The translations under genes and the position numbers were made by a program. A stretch of 64,000 nucleotides of DNA, from assembly GCA_963847705.1 (NCBI GenBank), contig CAWKBC010000027.1, positions 480,001 to 544,000 on the forward strand, given 5' to 3'. The DNA is from an uncultured Pseudomonadota bacterium (lineage in GTDB: Bacteria > Myxococcota_A > Polyangia > Fen-1088). Position 1 is the first letter of the stretch, and every line of letters starts with the position of its first letter. Under the pieces are notes generated by a model, which saw only the letters and a program-made list of their open reading frames with translations, was not told the origin of the DNA and searched no databases. Shown piece by piece: positions 1 to 9,887 of the stretch.

Positions 1-172
1 GGCACGCGGTGGCGCCAGAATACGGAGCGCGGTGGTTCAAGTCAAAAGCCGCGCGGCCGTCTGTGCGGTCGTCGGGTCGGGTCGCGTGAACGCCGACGGG
101 CGCCCTCGAAACAGGCCGGAAACAACCCAGGCAAGGAAGCCGAGAGATCGGCCGTCGGCGCGGGGCGCGCGA

Positions 173-517
173 TCAGCGCTTGGCTTCGAGCGAGAGCGTG
201 AGCCGGGCCGCGGTGACGGAGGCGAGGCCGATCGTCAGGGCCGCGACGGCAATCCCCAACGCGATGGACCCCTTCGACCCGTGGCCGGCCTTGACGATCC
301 ACTGGAATGGAAAGGCCATCCCCAGCGCCATTCCGCCCATCCCGCCGAGGATCGACGTCATCCGGCAGTTGTTCGAGAGGTCGTAGTGACCGCCGCAGGC
401 CTTGCAGACGAGGAATCGGTTGTTCTCGCGCGAGGGGAGCAGGTTCCACATGGTCAGCCCGACCGATTTTCCGCAGTGCGGACAGGCATCCTTGGCGCGC
501 GTGGCTTCTGGGCTCAT
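173..517 (-). CDS. Hypothetical membrane protein with N-terminal zinc ribbon
   Basis: ATG at 517 (MSPEATRAKDA). CPHC...CKAC pair followed by two hydrophobic helices. Confidence 0.65.
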   Translation of the reverse strand: MSPEATRAKDACPHCGKSVGLTMWNLLPSRENNRFLVCKACGGHYDLSNNCRMTSILGGMGGMALGMAFPFQWIVKAGHGSKGSIALGIAVAALTIGLASVTAARLTLSLEAKR

Positions 518-586
518 TTGCACCCGCCAGTTTAACAGGGAGAGCCCGCGCCTCCACACTTGCATCGGAGCGCGACCTCAAGAACG

Positions 587-1357
587 ATGAGGGGCGTGAA
601 ATTCGGGCTCTTCGTCGATCCGGACACCACCCGCTTCAGCGGTCTGCGCCTCCGCCGTCTCAAGGAGGCGATCAAGGACCCGAAGATCCTCGAGGCGCTG
701 GTGGAAGAGCTGGAGGTCACCGGGGCCTCGGGCGGCAACAAGATGGCGGCGATCGAGCGCCGGATCGAGGAGCTTCGCGCGACGAAGGGCTCCCTCTGGT
801 ACGAGGTGGCGGCGCCGGAGATTCTGGCAGCGTCGATCTTCCGGGCCAAAAAGCTTCAGGGCCCCGTCGTCGACGAGCTCTTCAGGCGCGTCCCCCGCGT
901 CCAGGATCTCGCGGCGCCGCTGGCCATGTGGCTGGACATGGCTGGCCTGACCCCGCACCCGGGCGGCGCCCCCGGCCTCGGCCGCGCCAACCTCATCGGC
1001 TACCGCGGCGGGACCTTCGTCTCGGGTGGGCGCGTGGTGGGGATCGAAGCGACCAATGACGTCAACGAGCTCGGCCGCGCGCTCGACGAACCGAGAAGAG
1101 AGCGCGACAAGTTGACGGCGTCGTACCTGGCCTGCACCCCGGCGCTGGTGGCCGCGCTCCTCTGGGCCCGCACCGCCGTGGCGCCGCGCTGGGAGCCGGA
1201 CGCTCTGCGTACGAAACTAAAGGCGGGAGGGCTCGGTCTGCTGCTGGTCGAGGGTGACGCCATCTCGCAGGCGATCCTTCCCGAGGAGCGAAAGCTCGAC
1301 GCCGGGAATCTGGCGGCCATCGCCGCCGCCTTGCAGGCGGCCAAGCCCGGCGGCTAG
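587..1357 (+). CDS. Hypothetical protein, possible degenerate PD-(D/E)xK nuclease-like fold
   Basis: Good coding ORF. C-terminal half RANLIGY...VVGIEATN...RALDE...SYLAC...GLGLLLV follows the layout of restriction-endonuclease-like folds. Confidence 0.55.
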   Translation: MRGVKFGLFVDPDTTRFSGLRLRRLKEAIKDPKILEALVEELEVTGASGGNKMAAIERRIEELRATKGSLWYEVAAPEILAASIFRAKKLQGPVVDELFRRVPRVQDLAAPLAMWLDMAGLTPHPGGAPGLGRANLIGYRGGTFVSGGRVVGIEATNDVNELGRALDEPRRERDKLTASYLACTPALVAALLWARTAVAPRWEPDALRTKLKAGGLGLLLVEGDAISQAILPEERKLDAGNLAAIAAALQAAKPGG

Positions 1358-1362
1358 ACCGG

Positions 1363-2061
1363 TCAGCCCAGGTCGAACACGAGAACTTCGGCCGGCTCGC
1401 TGGCCCGGATGGCGACGCGGGCCTCGTCGCTGACCGACGCGCCGTCGCCGGCGACGAGCGACGTTCCGTTGAGGTCGACCGCGCCGCGCGCCACCTGAAC
1501 CCAGGCGTGGCGGACCGGTCGCAGCAAATGCGCGATCTCGCTGCCCGCGTCGAGCCGCGCGACGAAGATCTCCGCGTCCTGGTGCACGGTCACCGCGCCG
1601 TCGCGCCCATCGGGCGCGGCGATGAGGCGAAGCTGGTTGTGGATCGACTCGGGCGCCAGCGTCTTCTGCTCGTAGCCCGGCTCGATGCCGCGGCGGTCGG
1701 GGAGGATCCAGATCTGCAAGAAGTGCACGAACTCGGTCTTGGAGTGGTTCCACTCGCTGTGCGTGACGCCGGTGCCGGCGCTCATGCGCTGGACGTCGCC
1801 GGGACGAATCACGGAGCCGGTCCCCATGCTGTCCTTGTGCCCGAGCTCGCCCTCGAGGACGTACGACACGATCTCCATGTCGCGGTGGGAGTGGGTGCCG
1901 AACCCGCTCTCGGGCTTCACGCGATCCTCGTTGATGACGCGCAGGGCGCGAAAGCCCATGTGCCGTGGGTCATGGTATTCGCCGAACGAAAACGTATGCT
2001 GGGTGTCGAGCCAGCCGTAGTTCTCGTGCCCCCGCTCCCCCGCACGCCTGACGCTGATCAT
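1363..2061 (-). CDS. Pirin family protein (YhhW-like)
   Basis: GWLDTQHTFSF, LRVINEDRV, FGTHSHRDMEIVSYV, HKDSMG, MSAGTGVTHSE and LQIWI motifs. Confidence 0.95.
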   Translation of the reverse strand: MISVRRAGERGHENYGWLDTQHTFSFGEYHDPRHMGFRALRVINEDRVKPESGFGTHSHRDMEIVSYVLEGELGHKDSMGTGSVIRPGDVQRMSAGTGVTHSEWNHSKTEFVHFLQIWILPDRRGIEPGYEQKTLAPESIHNQLRLIAAPDGRDGAVTVHQDAEIFVARLDAGSEIAHLLRPVRHAWVQVARGAVDLNGTSLVAGDGASVSDEARVAIRASEPAEVLVFDLG

Positions 2062-2146
2062 GCCCACGTTCTATCGCAGGTTCCGGGCGGGTGCATCGGT
2101 CGAAGGCCTAGGCCTGGCCCGGCGGCCGCGGGATATCATTTTGCCC

Positions 2147-3349
2147 GTGCGTCGCTCGCTGGCCCTGGGCGCGCTCTGTCTCGGTCTGATGATGGGCGCC
2201 TGCGGCGGGGGCGCCAGCGACGGGATGAAGGCGGCCCAACCGGTCCTGCCGCAGGTGGTTGACGTGGGCGGAACGGTCCTGGTCTCTCCCAAGGTCCAGC
2301 CCATCCTTTACGCAAGCGACACCGGAGCCACGGACATCCAGGCGTTTCTGCAAGAGCTGGCCACCACCAGTTACTGGACGCAGGCGACCTCCGAGTACGG
2401 GGTCGGGCCGCTCACCGTCCTTCCCGCCGTCATGCTGTCCGGCCCGGCGCCGGCGTCGGTCAGCGACGCGATGCTGGAGTCGAGCCTGGCCACCAACACC
2501 TCCGGCGCGAACCCTGCCTGGGGCGCCGCCGATCCGAGCACCATCTATCTGTTCGTGCTCCCCGAGGGAAGCATCGAGTCGGACTCCGAGGGGGCCTGCT
2601 GCACCGATTACGACGGGTATCACTTCCAGGCCGAGGTGGGCTCGGTGACGGTGCCTTACGCGCTCTCCTGCGCCTGTCCCGGCTTCGACGGGCCCCAGAT
2701 CACCGACCTGCAGGAGCGCACCATCGACATGAGCCACGAGCTGGTCGAATCGGCGACCGATCCCTTCCCCAACAGCGATCCGGCCTACACGCAGGAAGAC
2801 GACGCGGACATCGTCTGGACGCTGGTGACCGACGGCGAGGTGGCCGACATGTGCGAGTTCAACGACGACGCCAACGTGATCCCCCCGGGCTCGACCTACA
2901 TGGTTCAGCGCACGTGGTCGAACGCCGCCGCCGCGCGCTTCGAGAACCCCTGCGTCCCGGTGGTCACCACGACGCCGTACTTCAACAGCTTCCCGCAGCT
3001 CGGGAACATCAGCTACAACGCGGGCCACATCACCACGCAGGGGATCGACATTCCGCTGGGCCAGAGCAAGACGATCGACGTCGCCCTGGTGGCCGCGGCG
3101 GGCATGGGAGAGCCCTGGACCGCCGCGCCCTACGACTATGACGACGCGATTCTCGGCCTCAGCCCCGACTCCGTCCTCAGGCCGCTCAACTTCAGCGGCG
3201 GTGACGGCCAGACCTTTCCCCTCACCATCAACCCCACCAACGCGGACGACGACCTCCAGGGCGAGGCGTTCATCATCTGGTCCGATTACGGCGCCCCTGG
3301 CGCTCCCGACTTCGAAAGCCAGGTCACGATGGGGCTCGTCACGAATTAG
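2147..3349 (+). CDS. Lipoprotein, Phi-1/EXORDIUM-like domain
   Basis: Lipobox MMGAC. Motifs IYLFVLP, YDGYH, SHELVESATDP, GEVADMC, VQRTWSN. GTG start inferred. Confidence 0.6.
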   Translation: MRRSLALGALCLGLMMGACGGGASDGMKAAQPVLPQVVDVGGTVLVSPKVQPILYASDTGATDIQAFLQELATTSYWTQATSEYGVGPLTVLPAVMLSGPAPASVSDAMLESSLATNTSGANPAWGAADPSTIYLFVLPEGSIESDSEGACCTDYDGYHFQAEVGSVTVPYALSCACPGFDGPQITDLQERTIDMSHELVESATDPFPNSDPAYTQEDDADIVWTLVTDGEVADMCEFNDDANVIPPGSTYMVQRTWSNAAAARFENPCVPVVTTTPYFNSFPQLGNISYNAGHITTQGIDIPLGQSKTIDVALVAAAGMGEPWTAAPYDYDDAILGLSPDSVLRPLNFSGGDGQTFPLTINPTNADDDLQGEAFIIWSDYGAPGAPDFESQVTMGLVTN

Positions 3350-3393
3350 TTTTGAGCCTCCGAAGCGCGCGGCCGGCACTTCGAGGGGTCGAC

Positions 3394-5796
3394 ATGTTGC
3401 GCCTCACCATCGTCAGTGCGGGGATTGTTGCTCTCACCGCGGTCGGCTGCGGAGGCGGGTCGCAGTCGCGGGACGGCGGCGGGCATGACGGGCACGACGC
3501 CGGAGCGGCGGACGCTCCGCCGCCCGGGACCGACGCGGCGAGGGCGCAGACCTACGCGCTGACGGTGACGGCGGTCGACACGACGTTCGTGACCGAGGAC
3601 CACTTCATCGCCGCGGTCGAGATGCAGCTGGCGGGCGAGCCGTTCGCCGAGTCGATGGGGCGCGATCTCGGCGGCTACACCCGCGACTACGCCTGCCAGG
3701 ACGCCGCCTGTCAGGCGAGCGTCTACACCGATCCCAGCTCGGCCGACGGCGGCACCGTCATCGACCTCCCCGGTTACGCATCGGGGGTCGAGTCCTACGA
3801 GTACTCGAAGCAGCCGATGAACAACATCGCCTTCGAGTCGGGGGCGGGGACGTCGCTGCTGTTCGGCCCGGTGCTCAACCCGACCGGGGCCAGTGGCGCC
3901 GACGCGCTGGCGCTGGCCCAGACCTGGTTCACTCACATGGGCAGCGGCAGCAACGCCTACGCCTACGTGACGGCGCCAGGGCCGAGCAATCCGCTGGGCT
4001 GGGCGGGGCTCTGGCCGGTGCTCCAGCCGTTCTCCTCGTGGGACCCGACGATCGCGCCCACCAGCCACGCGGCCGTCTGTCAGCTCACCTCGGACGATAA
4101 TCCGGGGCTGCATGCCGCGCTCTACTCCGACGACTACGAGTGCGATTACACCACGCTGAACCTGCCCGATCGCGAGGCCCAGGTGACGAAGACCATCGGG
4201 CCCGGGTCGTCCGGGTGGACCGACTGGAAGGAGGCGCTCTGGACGCTCAACTACCTCCAGGTGATGCACAACGTGAAGGAGGCGGCGGTCGAGACGGTGT
4301 CGAGCGCCACGATGGACCAGGTCGGCGTTCCGGGCAACGACGTCACGGGGAACATTCTCCCCGGCACTTACCTGGGGTCGAGCAACGTCGAGGGCTTCCA
4401 GGCCGGCAACTTCATCCAGATTCTCGACAACCAGGCGGCCGAGTGGCTGCTCCAGCTCACCACCACCGACGGGGCGGCGCTGGGCGGGTTCGCCAGCCTG
4501 GCCGACGCGCTCGACTACAGCCCGACGTCGGCGGCGCGCTGGTTCCCGGCCTCCATCGGCGTCACCGAGACCGACGACGCCAGCGGCTTCCCGCGGCCGA
4601 GCGGCTACGCGATCGCCTCGGCCGACAGCCACCTGCTCGATCTGGCTGGTCTGCTGGGCGCCTACGCCAGCGTCTACGCGCTGACCGACCAGTCGAACAC
4701 CGACGTCGGCGGCAGCCAGCCGGCCGAGGTCTACTTCGACGGCGATCCGTTCCCGATCCAGAACCAGACGCCCGACGGTTCTCCCACGCTGCACGATCGC
4801 GCGCTGGGAATGATCCGCGTGGCCGTGGTGAACATGGACCGGTTCCATCTCGACGCGACGAGCGGCCTCTTCGTCGACGATGCCAAGCTGGCGAGCGGCA
4901 AGCTCGCGCCCGGGACGACGCTGTCGGCCGACGTGGCGGCCTACACGCTGCTCTCGCTGCGCACGGCGCGGCGCGCGCTCGACTCCGAGCTCACGCTCTA
5001 CGCCAACACCAGCCCCGACACACAGGGGATCCCGTCGCCGCTCGACAGCTTTTCGATGGTCGACGGCGTCAGCTTCGCCGCGCGGCTCGACGCGCTCATC
5101 ACGGTCCTCTCCAACGCCTTCTACGACAAGCTGACCACCGCGGCGGGGGTCGCCTACGCGGGGTGGGACGTGGCGGGCGAAAGACCGACCGATGGGGGGA
5201 CCAGCCTCGACGCGCACAGCGCCGCCGTGCGCGGCCTCCTGGTCGCTTATCTCGCCACCGGCCAGACCAAGTTCCGCGACCGCGCCGCGCAGGTCTTCGC
5301 GCACCTCGACGGCACGTTCTACGACGCGGCCGCGCGCATCTACCGGCCGACCGCCGGCGACAGGTCGCTGACGGTCACCTTCACGCCGCGGCGGTTCGGG
5401 CTCTTGCAGGGTGCGCTGCGCGACACCTACCAGCTCATCGCCACGCTCCCCGGCCAGGACCTGCTGGCGGCGCAGGTCCTCGATCGCGTGGGACGCCTCG
5501 ACAAGCTGGTGCTGAACGGCTGGGACGATCGCAACCAGAACCAGATCGTCGACTGGCCCGACGAGTGTGCCCAGCTGGGCACCGGCCCGGACGGCGAGCC
5601 GATGGGGAAGGGTGGGCTGCAGATGGCCGAGCGGACGCTCTCGGGCGAGACCGGCTCGCTGGCGCCGTTCACGCCGGACGCCGGCGATCGCGTGATCACC
5701 ACGGATCGCGAGCACGACTGCGTGCCGGAGATCTCGGCGGCCAAGCTCCCCTCGGCGCTGGCCAACTCCGTGACGTTCACGCTCACACCGCGCTGA
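3394..5796 (+). CDS. Large lipoprotein of unknown function, helical C-terminal region
   Basis: ATG with GAGGGG RBS, lipobox AVGC, strong GC3 bias over ~800 codons. Confidence 0.75.
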   Translation: MLRLTIVSAGIVALTAVGCGGGSQSRDGGGHDGHDAGAADAPPPGTDAARAQTYALTVTAVDTTFVTEDHFIAAVEMQLAGEPFAESMGRDLGGYTRDYACQDAACQASVYTDPSSADGGTVIDLPGYASGVESYEYSKQPMNNIAFESGAGTSLLFGPVLNPTGASGADALALAQTWFTHMGSGSNAYAYVTAPGPSNPLGWAGLWPVLQPFSSWDPTIAPTSHAAVCQLTSDDNPGLHAALYSDDYECDYTTLNLPDREAQVTKTIGPGSSGWTDWKEALWTLNYLQVMHNVKEAAVETVSSATMDQVGVPGNDVTGNILPGTYLGSSNVEGFQAGNFIQILDNQAAEWLLQLTTTDGAALGGFASLADALDYSPTSAARWFPASIGVTETDDASGFPRPSGYAIASADSHLLDLAGLLGAYASVYALTDQSNTDVGGSQPAEVYFDGDPFPIQNQTPDGSPTLHDRALGMIRVAVVNMDRFHLDATSGLFVDDAKLASGKLAPGTTLSADVAAYTLLSLRTARRALDSELTLYANTSPDTQGIPSPLDSFSMVDGVSFAARLDALITVLSNAFYDKLTTAAGVAYAGWDVAGERPTDGGTSLDAHSAAVRGLLVAYLATGQTKFRDRAAQVFAHLDGTFYDAAARIYRPTAGDRSLTVTFTPRRFGLLQGALRDTYQLIATLPGQDLLAAQVLDRVGRLDKLVLNGWDDRNQNQIVDWPDECAQLGTGPDGEPMGKGGLQMAERTLSGETGSLAPFTPDAGDRVITTDREHDCVPEISAAKLPSALANSVTFTLTPR

Positions 5797-5811
5797 CGCA
5801 CCCGCCGAATG

Positions 5812-6046
5812 ATCGCGTGAACTCCGCTCGGCATCGCCGAGAGGAGATCGGCGCGGGAGGGTTTGGGAACCCTCTCAGGGTTCCCATCTAATCGCGTGAA
5901 CTCCGCTCGGCATCGCCGAGGGGAGATCGGCGCGGGAGGGCTTGGGAACCCTCTCAGGGTTCACATCTAATCGCGTGAACTCCGCTCGGCATCGCCGAGA
6001 GGAGATCGGCGCGGGAGGGTTTGGGAACCCTCTCAGGGTTCCCATC
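5812..6046. repeat. Tandem array of three 79-bp palindromic units (REP/BIME-like)
   Basis: Units start at 5812, 5891 and 5970. Copies 1 and 3 are identical over 77 nt and copy 2 has 3 substitutions. Each unit contains CTCGGC-ATC-GCCGAG and GGGAACCCT-CTC-AGGGTTCCC hairpins. Confidence 0.95.
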
Positions 6047-6114
6047 GAGATTGGTGAGCCGCCGGGAGAGGTCGTGGGCACCTCGCCTCTGTCGTCCCAC
6101 CGAGGAGAGTGCCC

Positions 6115-8076
6115 ATGCGCGTCCCCCGTCCATCGAAGTCGCTCTCGAAGCTGTGCCTGGCCGCCGCGCTGGCGCTGGCCGTGACCGCGGCCGCGCGGCC
6201 CGCGCGCGCGCAGGGGACCTGGACGCAGGTGTCGTCGAGCGGAGGGTGCGCGAACGCGTTCGGCCTCTGGCTCCTCACCGACGGGCGGGTCCTGGCGCAC
6301 GGCTGCGGAGGCCTTCAGACCTGGCAGATCCTGACGCCCGACAAGGCGGGCAACTACGCCACCGGCACCTGGAAGGCCGTGGCCAGCAGCGCGCACGCGC
6401 GCGGCGGCGCGCAGCAGCACGTCCTCAAGGACGGGCGCTTCTTCGTGGGGGGGGGCGAGTACATCGACGGCCCGGCCTGCACGCCGACGCTCTGCAACAC
6501 CGCCGAGATCTACGACCCCGTGTCCAACACCTGGAAGAACACGGCGAACGCGCCGCACGACATCGGCGACACGGGGAGCGCGACGCTCGCCGACGGAACG
6601 ATCCTGGAGAGCACGCGCGCCGGCAGCCAGATCACGATCTACGATCCCACCACCGACACCTGGACCGCCAAGGCGTCAAATCAGCTCGGCAGCGGCGACG
6701 AGAACTCCTGGGCCTCGCTGCAGAACGGGGACGTGCTGGCCGTCGGCTACGCCACCTCGGGCGCCGAGATCTACATTCCCTCGATGGACAAGTGGGTGAA
6801 GACCACCGTCCCTTCCGGCTTCAACACCGGCGACATGGCGGGCATCTCGCAGATGTTCGACGGGCGCGTCTATGTCTACGGCCTCAACAACAAGGCCTAC
6901 ATCTGGACGCCGGGCGCCAGCGTGACCGACCCCGGAAGCTGGACGACGAGCGCGCTCATCACCACCAACGGCGCGACGGAGAATGAGGATGAGTACACCG
7001 ACACCCTGCCGAACGGCATGGTGTGGGGCGCGCTGGTGGCGAAGATGTACGGGGCGAGCGTGGTGTTGCAGCAGTTCGATCCGACCACCAACATGGCCAC
7101 GGCGGTGACGGGGCAGCCTAAGGAGACCAACCCCGATCCGATCGACTACCTCAACTTGCCGAACGGGCAGGTCATGATCACGGTCGAGTCGGGCTCGCAC
7201 AACTGGGTCCTGACGCCGGACGGGCAGCCGCAGGACGCCTGGCGCCCGACGGTGACCTCGGTCGTCTACAACAGCGCCACCGACAACTACACCCTGACCG
7301 GGACGCAGCTCAGCGGCCTCATCAACGGCGGCGACGAGGGTGACGACATGACGATGGCCGAGAACTACCCGATCATCTCGCTCAAGGACAGCTCGGGCAA
7401 CGTCACCTACTGCAAGTCCTCCAACTTCAGCAACATGATGCCGAGCAAGGGGTCGACGCCGGAGACGGCGGACTTCACGCTGCCGACCACGGTCACCACC
7501 GGCTCGTACCAGCTTTACGTCTCGGCGGTCGGTGTCATCTCCCAGAGCCCGTTCCCCTTCACGGTGGGCCAGAGCACGACCACCGGCGTGGCCGGGGCCA
7601 GCGGCACCACCGGCAGCGGTGGCGCGACGGGCACCGCGGGCACGGCCGGAATGGCCGGCGCGAAGGGCACCGGCGGGACGACGGCGGGCACCGGCGGCAC
7701 GGGCGGGACGACGACGGGCACCGGCGGCACGACGACGGGGACGGGCGGCACGACGACGGGCACGGGCGGCACGACGACGGGCACGGGCGGGACGACGACC
7801 GGCACCGGCGGCACGGTCTCGACGGGCGGCGCACCCGGCAGCGGCGGGAGCGCGACCGGCGGCGCGCCCGGCACGGGCGGTTCTGTCGCGACGGGCGGTA
7901 CGACCGGCGGTGGTGGGACCACCTCCAGCGGCGAAGGCGGGACCTCGGGCGAGACTGGCGCGTCGAGCGGCTGCTCGTGCGCGACGGCGCCCGGCGCTGG
8001 TTCGCACCTCACCGCGCTGTTTGGCTTGCTGGCCATCGGCTTCGTCGGCGCTCGCCGCCGCCGCCGGCGGCGCTGA
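6115..8076 (+). CDS. Kelch-repeat (galactose-oxidase-like) propeller protein with Gly/Thr linker and MYXO-CTERM
   Basis: GAGGAG RBS, signal peptide ARA|QGTW, repeats LLTDGRVL / AEIYDPVSNTW / LPNGQVM, TGGTTTG linker, SSGCSC + TM + RRRRRR tail. Confidence 0.85.
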   Translation: MRVPRPSKSLSKLCLAAALALAVTAAARPARAQGTWTQVSSSGGCANAFGLWLLTDGRVLAHGCGGLQTWQILTPDKAGNYATGTWKAVASSAHARGGAQQHVLKDGRFFVGGGEYIDGPACTPTLCNTAEIYDPVSNTWKNTANAPHDIGDTGSATLADGTILESTRAGSQITIYDPTTDTWTAKASNQLGSGDENSWASLQNGDVLAVGYATSGAEIYIPSMDKWVKTTVPSGFNTGDMAGISQMFDGRVYVYGLNNKAYIWTPGASVTDPGSWTTSALITTNGATENEDEYTDTLPNGMVWGALVAKMYGASVVLQQFDPTTNMATAVTGQPKETNPDPIDYLNLPNGQVMITVESGSHNWVLTPDGQPQDAWRPTVTSVVYNSATDNYTLTGTQLSGLINGGDEGDDMTMAENYPIISLKDSSGNVTYCKSSNFSNMMPSKGSTPETADFTLPTTVTTGSYQLYVSAVGVISQSPFPFTVGQSTTTGVAGASGTTGSGGATGTAGTAGMAGAKGTGGTTAGTGGTGGTTTGTGGTTTGTGGTTTGTGGTTTGTGGTTTGTGGTVSTGGAPGSGGSATGGAPGTGGSVATGGTTGGGGTTSSGEGGTSGETGASSGCSCATAPGAGSHLTALFGLLAIGFVGARRRRRRR

Positions 8077-8100
8077 CCCCACCGAGGAAGTGAGCGCCGT

Positions 8101-9336
8101 TCAGGGGAGCCGCGGCACGACCAGCCGCTGCGCCTGAGCCTCGGCGCGCCGCCACACCGTTCCGGCCGTCACCCGCGCGGTCGGCGAGAACCAGGCGAAG
8201 GTCAACGCGGCGGCGAAGGCCAGGAGGGCGATCCGTCTCGGAACGCGGAAACCGTTCCGCTTCATCCGCCGGATGCTCCGGCGGGTGCGGCGCCCGGCGG
8301 GCGCAACAGATCGCTCGGCGTCGGTCCGGTCGAAGGGAATCGTCGGCGGTTCGAACTCGACCACCCGGATCGGCGGCGGCTCATCCGTCACGTCGATCTC
8401 GACGGTCTCGGCGGTCTCCGCCAAGGGGGCGACCTGCCCGACCTCAGAGGGGGTCACCGGCACCCCCTCGATCGCCCGTCGAAGTGCCGCCGCGAACTCC
8501 AGCACGCCGGGGAAGCGGTCGGCCGATTGCTTGGCGAGCCCTCGCATGATGACGGCGTCCACCGCTGGCCCGAGGCGCGGGACCAGCGCCGCGGGCGGTA
8601 CTGGATCCGCGTGCACCACCTGATAGAGGACGGCGATCGGATCCTCGGCGCGGAACGGCTCGCTTCCCGTGAGCAGCACGTAGGCGATGGCCGCCAGCGA
8701 AAACTGGTCACTGCGCGAATCGATCTCCTCCCGGAGGCCGCGTGCCTGCTCGGGGGCCATGTACTGGGGTGTCCCCGCCACCTCGTCGTCGTTGGTCAGC
8801 CGCGGGCGCCAGCTCGCCTGCGAGATCCCGAAGTCGAGCACCTTCACGAAATCCTTCACGCCCTCACCCGAGAGCAGCATGATGTTGTCCGGTTTGAGAT
8901 CGCGGTGGACGATGCCGCGGAGGTGCGCCGCGGAGAGAGCCTGCGCGATCTGCTCGACGATGCCGACCGCGGAGGCCGGGGTGAGCTCGTCGGCGTCAGT
9001 GATCCGTTTGGACAGCGACTGCCCCTCGAGCATCTCCATGACCAGATACGGATATCCCTGATCCGTGACGTTGAAATCCAGCACCTGCACGATGTGCGGG
9101 TGGCGCAACGTCGCGGTGATCTCCGCTTCCTGGCGGAAGCGCGACAGGACCTCGGCGTTCCTCTGGAGGCCACGGTGAAGAACCTTGATCGCCACCTGCC
9201 CGGGAAGGCGCGTGTGATCGGCCAAGAAGATCTCGCCGCATCCACCCTCCGCGATCGGGCCGACGATTCGATACGTCCCCTGAAGGATTGTTCCGGGGGT
9301 AAATTCGGAGAGCGCGAAATTTCGTTCGGTGTTCAT
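8101..9336 (-). CDS. Serine/threonine protein kinase (Hanks type) with C-terminal membrane segment
   Basis: IAEGGCGEI, VAIK, HRDLKPDN, DFG, GTPQYMAPE and DQFSLA motifs. Confidence 0.95.
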   Translation of the reverse strand: MNTERNFALSEFTPGTILQGTYRIVGPIAEGGCGEIFLADHTRLPGQVAIKVLHRGLQRNAEVLSRFRQEAEITATLRHPHIVQVLDFNVTDQGYPYLVMEMLEGQSLSKRITDADELTPASAVGIVEQIAQALSAAHLRGIVHRDLKPDNIMLLSGEGVKDFVKVLDFGISQASWRPRLTNDDEVAGTPQYMAPEQARGLREEIDSRSDQFSLAAIAYVLLTGSEPFRAEDPIAVLYQVVHADPVPPAALVPRLGPAVDAVIMRGLAKQSADRFPGVLEFAAALRRAIEGVPVTPSEVGQVAPLAETAETVEIDVTDEPPPIRVVEFEPPTIPFDRTDAERSVAPAGRRTRRSIRRMKRNGFRVPRRIALLAFAAALTFAWFSPTARVTAGTVWRRAEAQAQRLVVPRLP

Positions 9337-9511
9337 CTCGCCGGGTGTGCCTGTGCACCCGCCGTGCCGCGCCGTCTTGCGGGCCCTCGGTGGGCCTCGC
9401 CGCCGGCGCGCGTTTCCGAAACGGAAGCCCCCTCGCGTGCGAGGTCCGGTTTTCGTAACGTCGCCCGCCGACCAATGGCTGAGAAGGCCGCGAGATCAGG
9501 CGCTGGCTGAC

Positions 9512-9526
9512 TGGCACGGCGGTTGT
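9512..9526 (+). promoter_or_regulatory. Putative sigma54 -24/-12 promoter
   Basis: TGGCAC-GGCGG-TTGT, about 27 nt upstream of the small membrane protein start. Confidence 0.45.
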
Positions 9527-9552
9527 ATTTGGTCTTCGCCAGGAGGCCAACC

Positions 9553-9702
9553 ATGCTTTGGACAATTGCTCTCATTCTTCTGGTGCTCTGGGCCCTCGGC
9601 CTCGTCAGCTCGGTGACGATGGGCGGGTTCATTCATCTGCTGCTCGTCGCCGCGATCGTGCTGGTCCTGGTGCGGCTCATTCAGGGCAGACGAGTCGTCT
9701 GA
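9553..9702 (+). CDS. lmo0937-family small membrane protein (49 aa)
   Basis: AGGAGG RBS. Translation MLWTIALILLVLWALGLVSSVTMGGFIHLLLVAAIVLVLVRLIQGRRVV. Not in the ORF track. Confidence 0.9.
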   Translation: MLWTIALILLVLWALGLVSSVTMGGFIHLLLVAAIVLVLVRLIQGRRVV

Positions 9703-9887
9703 CGGCGTCACTTCTTTGGCCATCGGCGCGCCCTCCCACGTCCCGAACGTGGGGGGCGCGCCGCTGACCTTCGTCCCGTCACGGCCGCGGTTCCGAGCCA
9801 GTCGGCGATTTTCAAACAAGCACCTAGCGGTTTTGCGGGAACGACCTAGCTTTTCCCGCCAAGCCCCCAACCCGGGAGATCGGCGAG

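Noticed and set aside
5812-6046. CRISPR array interpretation of the 79-bp repeats
   Set aside because: The units are near-identical over their full length with no variable spacers, and no cas genes are in the window.
5875-6278. ORFs spanning the repeat array (5875-6558, 5942-6184, 6033-6278)
   Set aside because: They are translations of the palindromic repeat or antisense to the Kelch gene, with no protein-like features.
7600-7950. ACC/ACG-GGC-GGC repeats here and at ~34.7-35.1, 36.0-36.4, 41.0-41.3 and 49.1-49.4 kb as non-coding repeat elements
   Set aside because: They are degenerate in-frame codons for Gly/Thr linkers.
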